Positions 56,546 to 64,000 of a stretch of DNA of 64,000 nucleotides are shown one piece after another. Source of the stretch: Candidatus Spongiisociaceae bacterium (lineage in GTDB: Bacteria > Actinomycetota > Acidimicrobiia > Spongiisociales > Spongiisociaceae); assembly GCA_965262915.1 (NCBI GenBank), contig OZ253564.1:2528001-2592000 (forward strand). Reading direction: 5' to 3'. The notes under the pieces are model-generated. The model searched no databases. It saw nothing but the letters and a program-made list of their open reading frames with translations, and was not told where the DNA came from. Every line of letters starts with the position of its first letter. The stretch's first letter is position 1. A program made the position numbers and the translations under genes.

Positions 56546-56623
56546 GAGGAACGCGCGAGCGCTACAGCGTGCGACCGGCGACAGCCGGAGGTGCCGCGCC
56601 GCCAATTCACAGACAGACCACTA
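56546..56623. mobile_element. Degenerate family A right end
   Basis: CGCCGCCAATTCACAGACAGACCACTAG matches the family A right terminus. Confidence 0.7.
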
Positions 56624-56673
56624 GGATCGGAGCGACACCTCTCCATCAAACAATCGGTGTTGCGGAGGATACG

Positions 56674-57963
56674 TTGTCGATCGTCAGAAGCCCGTACCTC
56701 CTGGTGGTGATCGCGCTGGTGGTGGCGGCCTGCGAGGGTACAGGGGACAGAATGGCACAGACCTCCACCACGGCGCCGCCCGCTCCGATAGCCACCAGGC
56801 CTCTGGTCGACGTCTCCTCGCTCAGCTGGTCCCGGGTGGCCCGCGACGATGCTGTCCTCGGCCGCGACGGCGACCAGTCGATGAATAGCGTCACGTCCGG
56901 CGGCCCAGGCTTCGTGGCAGTCGGAGCGGACGATTCGGACGGCGATCCGGACGCAGCCGTATGGACGTCCACCGACGGGATCACATGGTCCCGGGTCCCA
57001 CACGATGAGGCGGTGTTCGGCGGAGACGACGACCAGTCCATGAGCAGCCTGATAGCCGGCGGCCCCGGCCTGGTAGCCGTAGGAGCAGACGGAACGAACC
57101 TGCGAGGCCTCAACATCGATGCGGCCGTCTGGACCTCGATCGATGGGTTTACCTGGTCGCGCGTTCCCCACGAAGACGGGATCTTCGGCGGCGACGGCGA
57201 CCAGGTGATCAACAGCGTGGTCGTAGGCGGGCCGGGCCTCGTGGCGGTCGGATCCGAGACGATCCGTTTCGACGTCGACGCAGCGGTGTGGACTTCTTCT
57301 GATGGAATCACCTGGTCGCGCGTCCCCCATGACGAGGCGGTCTTCGGGGGCAGACGTGACCAGGTGATGTTGAGCGTGGTAGCCGGCGGCCCCGGCCTGG
57401 TAGCCGTCGGATCGGCCGGAACGGGCGGCGACCACGACGCTGCGGTGTGGATCTCCCCTGATGGGATCGGTTGGTCCCGGGTTGTCCATGACGAGGAGGT
57501 CTTCGGGGGCGAGAGCATCCAGGTCATGCATCACGTGACAGTCGCCGGGCCAGGCCTGGTGGCGCTGGGATTGGACGGACCTTTCGATGCTTCCTCGGCT
57601 GCGGCCTGGACCTCGTCGGATGGGATCGGTTGGTCGCGCGTTCCCCACGACGAGGAGCTCTTCGGAGGAAGAGGCAGCCAGGCCATGGTGGGCGCGACGA
57701 TCGGCGGAACCGGGATCGTGGCGGTCGGGTGGGACGGACCCTTCGACGCGCTCGATGCCGCGGTGTGGGGCTCGGCCGACGGGATCGGCTGGTCCCGGTT
57801 TCCCCACGACGACGAGGCCCTGGGCGGTCTGCGGGACCAGCGCATGCTCGACGTCGTCGCCGCAGAGCCTGGCCTGGTGGCGGTGGGTTTCGAGGGGCCC
57901 GGTTTCCAAGGGCTGGGTGGCGACTCCGATGCAGCCGTATGGGTGCTGGCGCAGGAGAACTAG
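56674..57963 (+). CDS. Seven-repeat beta-propeller-like lipoprotein, paralog of 22009-23337
   Basis: TTG start after GGAGG, lipobox VAAC, seven WSR...GPGLVAVG...AAVW-type units. Confidence 0.8.
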   Translation: MSIVRSPYLLVVIALVVAACEGTGDRMAQTSTTAPPAPIATRPLVDVSSLSWSRVARDDAVLGRDGDQSMNSVTSGGPGFVAVGADDSDGDPDAAVWTSTDGITWSRVPHDEAVFGGDDDQSMSSLIAGGPGLVAVGADGTNLRGLNIDAAVWTSIDGFTWSRVPHEDGIFGGDGDQVINSVVVGGPGLVAVGSETIRFDVDAAVWTSSDGITWSRVPHDEAVFGGRRDQVMLSVVAGGPGLVAVGSAGTGGDHDAAVWISPDGIGWSRVVHDEEVFGGESIQVMHHVTVAGPGLVALGLDGPFDASSAAAWTSSDGIGWSRVPHDEELFGGRGSQAMVGATIGGTGIVAVGWDGPFDALDAAVWGSADGIGWSRFPHDDEALGGLRDQRMLDVVAAEPGLVAVGFEGPGFQGLGGDSDAAVWVLAQEN

Positions 57964-58007
57964 GAGGGTGGTGTAAAACCCCTTCACGGCCCGTCGACCG
58001 ATGACAT
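57960..58007. mobile_element. Truncated, inverted family B end
   Basis: CTAGGAGGGTGGTGTAAAACCCCTTCACGGCCCGTCGACCGATGACAT is the reverse complement of the B right half; supplies the TAG stop. Confidence 0.8.
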
Positions 58008-58011
58008 CTGT

Positions 58012-58156
58012 GAGCGTAAGAGCCGACCCGGACGGGCGCGGGAGCCCGTCCGACCGACCTGCTACAGGTTGGTATTCGGGGCCCGGTCGGGTCTGGCCGG
58101 CCCGGGGCCCGAGTGCTCATTCATGCATGTCGCAATGGCTCAGGAGCAATCGGAAC
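58012..58156 (-). pseudogene. Remnant of SBP 3' end, downstream hairpin and possibly the dppB start
   Basis: CCGGCCCGGGGCCCGAG(T/C)(G/A)CTCATTCAT...GCTCAGGAGCAATCGGA matches about 19870-19952 (SDCS-stop plus hairpin). Confidence 0.75.
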
Positions 58157-58172
58157 AGCAATCACCATCTGT

Positions 58173-60221
58173 TCAGCTCCCTCCGAGGACTGCGACTCCC
58201 CCGATACGCTCCCGCTCAGACTCCTCCGTGTAGTGGCATGCCACGCGGTGCGGGGATGTGCTGTCGATCTGTAGCAGTTGGGGTATCTCGTCCGTGCACC
58301 TTGCGGTGGCGAGCCAGCACCGGGTACGGAAGTGGCAACCCGACGGAGGGTCCGCCGCGCTGGGGATCTCACCCTGCAGCTCGATCCTGTCGGTGTACTC
58401 ATCCAGTTCCTTCGACGGTGCCGCCGAAAGAAGGGCCCGGGTGTACGGATGGACGGGGCGGGTGAACACCTCCTCGGAGGGCCCGTGCTCGACGATCCGT
58501 CCGAGGTACATGACCGCTACGTGGTTGGCTACGTGGCGCGCTACGGCAAGGTCGTGGGCGATGAAGACATAGGACAGCTTCGTATCCTGCTGGAGGTCGA
58601 ACAGCAGGTTGATGATCTGAGCCTGCACGGACACGTCGAGCGCCGACACCGGCTCATCGAGGACGAGAACGCGCGGTTGCACTGCCAGAGCCCGGGCGAG
58701 GGCGACCCTCTGACGCTGGCCGCCGGAGAACTCGTACGGCCTCTTGGAAAGCGAGTTCAAGTCGAGACCGACCGAGGCGATCAATTCGGCTGCTTTCTGG
58801 CCGCGATTCCCTGCGTACAGGCCGTTGGCACGCATGATCTCCTTCAAGGCATGGCCTATGCGCTGCCTCGGGTCGAAACTCGACGCCGGGTCCTGGTGAA
58901 CCAGCTGCACGTCTCGCCTGTACGCTCGAGCTTGACTTGCTTTGACATCCCCCAACTCCGATCCCTGGTAGATGAGGGCTCCGTTGGTGGGCGGCGTATA
59001 CAGGGCGATGACCCGCGCTGCTGTGGACTTGCCGCAACCTGATTCGCCGATGAGGGCGAGGGTTTGTCCTGTGAAGATGTCCAAGTCGATCTTGTCGACC
59101 GCTCGTACCTTCACATGCTTGCCGACCGCGAAGGTCTTTTCGAGGTCCCGTGTAGAAACGATTGCCTCGTCGTCGGCTGTCCGTCCGAGGCCAATCTCGA
59201 CGGCCACCTCGGCCACCTTCTCGCTTGCTGCAGATTCGGGTTCGCCGGTAATCGGGAAGTGGCACGCCACCGTACGATCCGGGCCCGCGCCAACGTGCTC
59301 CGGGACAACCGTGCGGCACGTGTCCTCATCGGCTCCACGGGGACACCGGGGGTGGAAGCTGCACCCGCTCGGCACGGCGGCCGGTGATGGGTGCCGGCCT
59401 GGTATCTCGGTGAGGCGGGTATCCCGATGCCTCAAAGACGGGCGGGCCTCGAACAGGGCGCGGGTGTAGTGATGGTCCTGCCGCCTGAAGAGGGAGGACG
59501 CCGGGGATGTCTCGACGATCTTCCCCGCGTACATGACAGCCACCTTGTCGGCGATCCCGGCCACCACTCCGAGATCGTGACTGATATAGAGGGCGGCGCA
59601 GCCGAACTCGTCCCGTATGTTCTCGAGCATTCGAAGGATCTGCGCCTGTATCGTCACATCCAGTGCCGTGGTCGGTTCGTCCAGGATCAACAGTTTCGGG
59701 TGATTGGCCACCGCGATGGCCGTCATCACTCGCTGTCGCATACCGCCCGAGAACTGGCCAGGATAGGCCCGGCGCCGGTTCTCCGGATCCGGGATCCCGA
59801 CGAGGCGCAAGAGCTCGAGCACGCGCCGGCCGAGGGCGGCCCTTGAAATGCGCCGGTCGTGGGCCTTGATGGCCTCGGCGATCTGGTCATCGATCCGCAG
59901 AACGGGGTTCAGCGCGCTCAGCGGATCCTGGAAGACAACCGCCATGTCCTTGCCGCGTATGTCTCGCATCTTCCGCTCGGACAGAGACATCAGATCCTGG
60001 CCATCGAATCGCAGCCGGTCTACCTTGACGGTCGCCCCCGGGATATCGATCAGGCGAAGTATCGAGAGGGCGGTCAGGGACTTGCCGGATCCGGACTCTC
60101 CGACGAGGCCGAGTGTCTCGCCTGGTTTGATGTCCAGATCGACATCGTGCACGACTTGGCTACGGGTGCCCTCGATGGGGATCTCGACCGTGAGTCCGCG
60201 GACTTCCAAGAGGGCGCTCAC
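58173..60221 (-). CDS. Fused double ABC ATPase (DppD+DppF-like)
   Basis: Two Walker A motifs (GESGSGKS, GESGCGKST), two FSGG signatures and two C-terminal Cys motifs. Confidence 0.95.
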   Translation of the reverse strand: MSALLEVRGLTVEIPIEGTRSQVVHDVDLDIKPGETLGLVGESGSGKSLTALSILRLIDIPGATVKVDRLRFDGQDLMSLSERKMRDIRGKDMAVVFQDPLSALNPVLRIDDQIAEAIKAHDRRISRAALGRRVLELLRLVGIPDPENRRRAYPGQFSGGMRQRVMTAIAVANHPKLLILDEPTTALDVTIQAQILRMLENIRDEFGCAALYISHDLGVVAGIADKVAVMYAGKIVETSPASSLFRRQDHHYTRALFEARPSLRHRDTRLTEIPGRHPSPAAVPSGCSFHPRCPRGADEDTCRTVVPEHVGAGPDRTVACHFPITGEPESAASEKVAEVAVEIGLGRTADDEAIVSTRDLEKTFAVGKHVKVRAVDKIDLDIFTGQTLALIGESGCGKSTAARVIALYTPPTNGALIYQGSELGDVKASQARAYRRDVQLVHQDPASSFDPRQRIGHALKEIMRANGLYAGNRGQKAAELIASVGLDLNSLSKRPYEFSGGQRQRVALARALAVQPRVLVLDEPVSALDVSVQAQIINLLFDLQQDTKLSYVFIAHDLAVARHVANHVAVMYLGRIVEHGPSEEVFTRPVHPYTRALLSAAPSKELDEYTDRIELQGEIPSAADPPSGCHFRTRCWLATARCTDEIPQLLQIDSTSPHRVACHYTEESERERIGGVAVLGGS

Positions 60222-60343
60222 TGTTCACAACCCTTCGAGGGGGGCTGTCGTGCGCCGAAACCCGCCTTCGGGGCCGAATTCCCGGGCGGGCAAAACGTAC
60301 ATGGTGCAGGACCTCACATTCGACACGCTACACGCTGTTTCAG

Positions 60344-61321
60344 TCAGGCGACCCGGAAATGCGGTCCCTGACCGCGGCTTATCCGATCGCAGTTCTCCAC
60401 CGCCAACGCGGCGCGGCGTCGATAAGTGCCGTCGGTGCCGCCCGAGATGTGTGGTGTGATGATGACGTTGCTCAAGCCGTAGAGGGGTGATGTGAGGGGG
60501 AACGGCTCCTCGCCGAAGACATCGAGACCGGCGCCGGCCAGGCGACCATTTACGAGAGCGTCGGACATGGCTGCTTCGTCTATCAGCGCGCCGCGGGCGA
60601 CGTTGATCACGTAGGCGGATGGCGGGAGCAGCCGGAGTCGGCGCCCGTCGAGCATGTGATGAGTCTCGTCGTTGAGAGGTAGGTGCATGGAGACGAAGTC
60701 CAGATGCGGCAGCATCTCGTCGAGACGTTCCGGACCGGCGACGGACTCGAGGCGGAACAGCTCGATGTCCTCCGATGAAACAGGCTGTTTCTCGATGGCC
60801 ATGATCCGCATCCCGAATGCCAATGCCCTGGTCGCCAGGGCGCGGGCGCTCGCTCCGAACCCGACCAGTCCCAGGACACGGTCCTCCAGTTCCATCCCGA
60901 AGGGCGTGCTCCACCTCTGGGCCTCCGCCATGGCCCTTGCCTCCGGATACCGCCGGGCGAGCATCAGAATCTGCATCATCGCGAACTCGGCAAGCGCCAC
61001 GGCGCTGTTGGGACCGGGGCAATGGGCGGTGACCATGCCTTGGGAGCCCCAGTAGTCGAGTTCGAAATGGTCGAGGCCGTAACCCAACACCTGCCAGAGA
61101 CGCACCGAGGTGGCTGCGTGTAGCATCCGCCTCGTCCCTACCGACCCTCCGAGATCTATCACTACGTCTATATCCTCGAACTGTGGCTCGAGCTCGGCTG
61201 AGTGATCGAAGAAGATCAGCTCGTGCCTCCCGGCTCGATCGAACGCGAGTCTTATCGCATCATCGGGAATCGACGAGAAACTCGGATCGTAAGCCGGCAG
61301 GTAGAGGACCTTCAGCGGCAA
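60344..61321 (-). CDS. D-isomer-specific 2-hydroxyacid dehydrogenase
   Basis: GLVGFGASA, INVARG, AGLDVFGEEP and ITPHISG motifs. Confidence 0.9.
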   Translation of the reverse strand: MPLKVLYLPAYDPSFSSIPDDAIRLAFDRAGRHELIFFDHSAELEPQFEDIDVVIDLGGSVGTRRMLHAATSVRLWQVLGYGLDHFELDYWGSQGMVTAHCPGPNSAVALAEFAMMQILMLARRYPEARAMAEAQRWSTPFGMELEDRVLGLVGFGASARALATRALAFGMRIMAIEKQPVSSEDIELFRLESVAGPERLDEMLPHLDFVSMHLPLNDETHHMLDGRRLRLLPPSAYVINVARGALIDEAAMSDALVNGRLAGAGLDVFGEEPFPLTSPLYGLSNVIITPHISGGTDGTYRRRAALAVENCDRISRGQGPHFRVA

Positions 61322-61331
61322 ATGGGATCTC

Positions 61332-61802
61332 CTACCGGACGAACTCGCCGCCGGTGAGCCAATCCTCGTGCCCCGGCCTCAGGTCGAGGTCGGCGAGCTC
61401 GATGCGAACACCGCCGAGCGGACCGGGCTCGAAGAAGGTGACGATGATGCTCCCGTCCGGCCGATAGATGGTCGCTTCGTGATTCATGCCCTTGCCTTCG
61501 AACTCCTGGCGCTTGGCGTTGCAGTCCGCTTCCCAGACCCCGATGTGGTGCAGACCGGCGCCGTGCTTCATCGAGTACAGGCCGTCACCCTGGGCTTCCA
61601 GAAGCTCGTAATAGGGTGGACCGTCGGTGGAGAACGTGAGGTGGAGCCGGAGGTCCTTGATCACGCCGCCGTCGTCGAAGTACTGGCTGTCCTGGTACAC
61701 GCGGTCGGCGAAGGTGACGCCCAGCACGTCGCCGAAGCGCTCGATGGCCTCGTCGAGGTCGGGCACCAGGATCCCGATGTGGAAGTAAGGAGACGCTGTC
61801 AT
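61332..61802 (-). CDS. VOC/glyoxalase family protein
   Basis: FHIGILVPDLDEA, YELLE, GLHHIG and RIEL metal-ligand pattern; RBS GAGGAGG. Confidence 0.85.
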   Translation of the reverse strand: MTASPYFHIGILVPDLDEAIERFGDVLGVTFADRVYQDSQYFDDGGVIKDLRLHLTFSTDGPPYYELLEAQGDGLYSMKHGAGLHHIGVWEADCNAKRQEFEGKGMNHEATIYRPDGSIIVTFFEPGPLGGVRIELADLDLRPGHEDWLTGGEFVR

Positions 61803-61866
61803 AGATCCCTCCTCTCGGGGTTGAAGACCTGACCGCGACGACACGCGGATACCGGCGTACCGTGGT

Positions 61867-62508
61867 TCATGTGCCGTTCCTGACCAGTGAGTAGTGATCG
61901 ATCCGTGCATCGAACCCGAATCCTGTCGGCGATGTGGCGTATACCCCCACCATTATCTCGTCCACGCCCGGCATGGAGAACATGTTGACCAGGTCGAAGC
62001 GCTCGCCATCCTCGGAGTAGTCGACGAGGTAGGTACTGCCCTGCCGGTGAACCCGGACCCACACACCGGGCGGATTGGCCGGCGACTCCGGCAACGGCGC
62101 CCATGCCGACCAGCCGTTCGTTGTGAGCGTCACCCCGAAGACATGAGCCGGATTGCTCAAGTGATAGTCGGGTGACCAGGACCCGTAGATGACCTCGACG
62201 CTCGCCTTCAGCCAATTGTCGGCGTCATCGCGGAGAAACAACCCGACCTGGTCGTACTGGGCGTTGTAGTCGCCCGACGCGAAGCCGGATGCGGTGAAGT
62301 CACCGCTCACGGTTTCGTACAGGAAATGGCCGTTGTCCACCACGTACAACGGGGGCTCCAGAGCACGGGCTGCCCAGTCCTCGGCCGACAGGATATCCTG
62401 CATGGTCCGGCACCAGAAGTCGGTCCTGGCGCCTGTGTGCATGGTGATGGTCTCCCCATCCACGCTCCACCGGGGCGGCTCATTCAGCCAGACTTGCTCG
62501 CTTGCCAC
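61867..62508 (-). CDS. DUF1349-like ConA-fold protein
   Basis: WLNEPP, TDFW, DNGHF, YDQVGL, NWLKAS and VGVYATSP; GTG follows GGAGG. Confidence 0.78.
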   Translation of the reverse strand: MASEQVWLNEPPRWSVDGETITMHTGARTDFWCRTMQDILSAEDWAARALEPPLYVVDNGHFLYETVSGDFTASGFASGDYNAQYDQVGLFLRDDADNWLKASVEVIYGSWSPDYHLSNPAHVFGVTLTTNGWSAWAPLPESPANPPGVWVRVHRQGSTYLVDYSEDGERFDLVNMFSMPGVDEIMVGVYATSPTGFGFDARIDHYSLVRNGT

Positions 62509-62688
62509 GGGTTCCCTCCGATCCCGCCGATGGTCAGCCACTCGGTCAGGGCAACAGTACGACACGCAATCGGTGGCCGACCGGCGCATTATAGAGCTGA
62601 TGCTTCGGTCGAGCTTAGTATCGTCAGGCTGATGGCCGGGGTTGTCAACGGAGTCAAAGACCCGATGTCCATGCCCTCTGTTGGCAAG

Positions 62689-62733
62689 TTGTAGAGGAAC
62701 CACTTGTAGGGGAACCGCTTGTAGGGGAACCGG
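62689..62733. repeat. Three tandem 15-bp direct repeats in a divergent intergenic region
   Basis: TTGTAGAGGAACCAC-TTGTAGGGGAACCGC-TTGTAGGGGAACCGG. Confidence 0.85.
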
Positions 62734-62792
62734 TGTGATGGCAGTCGAGAGCGCGAGAAGGATCAGGTTGTTGTTGTCGAGGATCGGGTGAG

Positions 62793-63746
62793 ATGCTGAT
62801 GAAGGTGATCTACCACCACACGGCCGGTCCGTGGATGAGACAGCGGCTGCATGCACTGGCCGACGAGGCAGGCCTCGATGTCGTGACCGTGGCGCCGGAC
62901 GATCACGATGGTCTCGACACGGCTCTTGCGGATGCGGAAGTGATCTGGCACGTCCTCGAACCCTTCACGGCCGCCCACATCGAGGCCGCTCCCCGGATGC
63001 GGCTCATCCAGAAGATCGGCGTCGGTGTCAACACGATAGATGTGGAGGTGGCCAACGCGCGGGGTGTGGCGGTTTGCAACATGCCCGGGACCAACAGCCG
63101 GGCGGTGGCCGAAATGGCCCTGGCACTGATGCTCGGCTGCCTGCGGCGACTGGCGTGGTTCCATGAGCGGACGCGTTCGGGGCGAGGTTGGCAGATCGCG
63201 CCGGAAGTGCCCGAGGGATGCATGGAGTTAGGGGGACGGACGGTGGGCTTGGTGGGCTACGGGAGCATCCCTCGGATCCTGGCGCCCATCTTGACGGCCC
63301 TCGGTGCCCGTGTTCTCTACACTGCGACATCTCCCAAGGACGATGCCATCGGCGAGTGGCGCGGGCTCCGCCAACTCCTCCGGGAGTCGGACATCGTGTC
63401 CCTCCATGTGCCGCTGACCGAGGAGACGGACGGCATGATCGACCGTCAAGCCCTGGCGTCGATGAAACCGGGCGCCATCCTGATCAACACCGGACGTGGC
63501 GAAGTCGTGGATCAATTAGCGCTGGTCGAAGTACTCCGGTCCGGACATCTGGCTGCCGCGGGCCTCGATGTCTTCGCCTCGGAGCCCGTCGTTCCGAACG
63601 ACCCGATCCTTGCTCTCGACAACGTAGTCCTAGCGCCACACGTCGCTTGGCAGACCAGGGAGACCCTCGAACGCAGCCTCGCCGTGGCAACGGAGAACTG
63701 CCGCCGCCTCAGCGCGGGCGAACCGTTGCTGCACCAGGTGAACTGA
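62793..63746 (+). CDS. D-isomer-specific 2-hydroxyacid dehydrogenase
   Basis: GVGVNTID, GLVGYGSI, SDIVSLHVPL, INTGRG, GLDVFASEP and APHVA motifs. Confidence 0.93.
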   Translation: MLMKVIYHHTAGPWMRQRLHALADEAGLDVVTVAPDDHDGLDTALADAEVIWHVLEPFTAAHIEAAPRMRLIQKIGVGVNTIDVEVANARGVAVCNMPGTNSRAVAEMALALMLGCLRRLAWFHERTRSGRGWQIAPEVPEGCMELGGRTVGLVGYGSIPRILAPILTALGARVLYTATSPKDDAIGEWRGLRQLLRESDIVSLHVPLTEETDGMIDRQALASMKPGAILINTGRGEVVDQLALVEVLRSGHLAAAGLDVFASEPVVPNDPILALDNVVLAPHVAWQTRETLERSLAVATENCRRLSAGEPLLHQVN

Positions 63747-63747
63747 G

Positions 63748-63878
63748 TCAGGTGTCAGGTGTCAGGTGTCAGGTGTCAGGTGTCAGTACAGTATTAACTG
63801 TTACCACTGACCACTGACCCCCGACGCCTGGCACCTACAACGCCTGGCACCCGGCACCTGGCACCTACAACGCCTGGC
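63748..63878. repeat. Heptamer tandem repeats with a roughly complementary partner tract
   Basis: (GTCAGGT) x5 at 63748-63786, then ACCACTG x2 and GCACCTG/CGCCTGG-type units that could pair with the first tract. Confidence 0.8.
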
Positions 63879-64000
63879 CACTCGGCGCGGCCAGCACACC
63901 CCGGGCGGCCCGGTTCTCGATCTCTCGCAATGCCGCCCGGACTTCCAAGGCCCGGGTCAGGAGCATGCCCACCGCCGCGTCATGGGAGGTGTCGCAGCGA
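63865..64000 (-). CDS. Possible 3' end of a hypothetical protein entering from the window edge
   Basis: Open frame RCDTSHDAAVGMLLTRALEVRAALREIENRAARGVLAAPSGQAL-stop with GC-rich third positions. Confidence 0.45.
   Translation of the reverse strand, partial: RCDTSHDAAVGMLLTRALEVRAALREIENRAARGVLAAPSGQAL

Noticed and set aside
1-64000. tRNA, rRNA, integrase or defence-system genes
   Set aside because: None recognised by eye apart from higBA; tRNAscan-SE, Infernal and DefenseFinder would be needed to exclude them.

Overview
High-GC bacterial window; lipoprotein style, IS ends and gene content suggest an actinobacterium, possibly Acidimicrobiia-like (inference). It opens with purM-purN, then becomes about 60 kb of accessory catabolic genes: a sulfatase, three PhyH-family dioxygenases, two phosphotriesterase-like hydrolases, a lactonase and SDR, an iolD/iolE-like operon with an HpcH aldolase and PLP decarboxylase, peptide-type ABC transporters, an acyl-CoA dehydrogenase pair, esterases, two LLM oxidoreductases, MmgE/PrpD, a hydroxycinnamoyl-CoA hydratase-lyase-like enzyme beside an NDP-forming acyl-CoA ligase, a DMFase-beta-like protein, a CocE hydrolase, AtuA-like genes and two 7-repeat beta-propeller lipoproteins. 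One intact IS630 and a HigBA module with a frameshifted toxin are present. The intergenic DNA holds at least four short inverted-repeat element families (named A-D here) that stack at CTAG-like junctions. Family D has IS630-type ends and carries a sigma70-like promoter plus a conserved ~170-nt structured sequence; a fourth, end-less copy lies upstream of the sulfatase. This candidate transposon-borne ncRNA is the most novel signal. Two degenerate copies of one ABC operon have lost complementary genes. All product calls rest on motif recognition by eye, without database searches.
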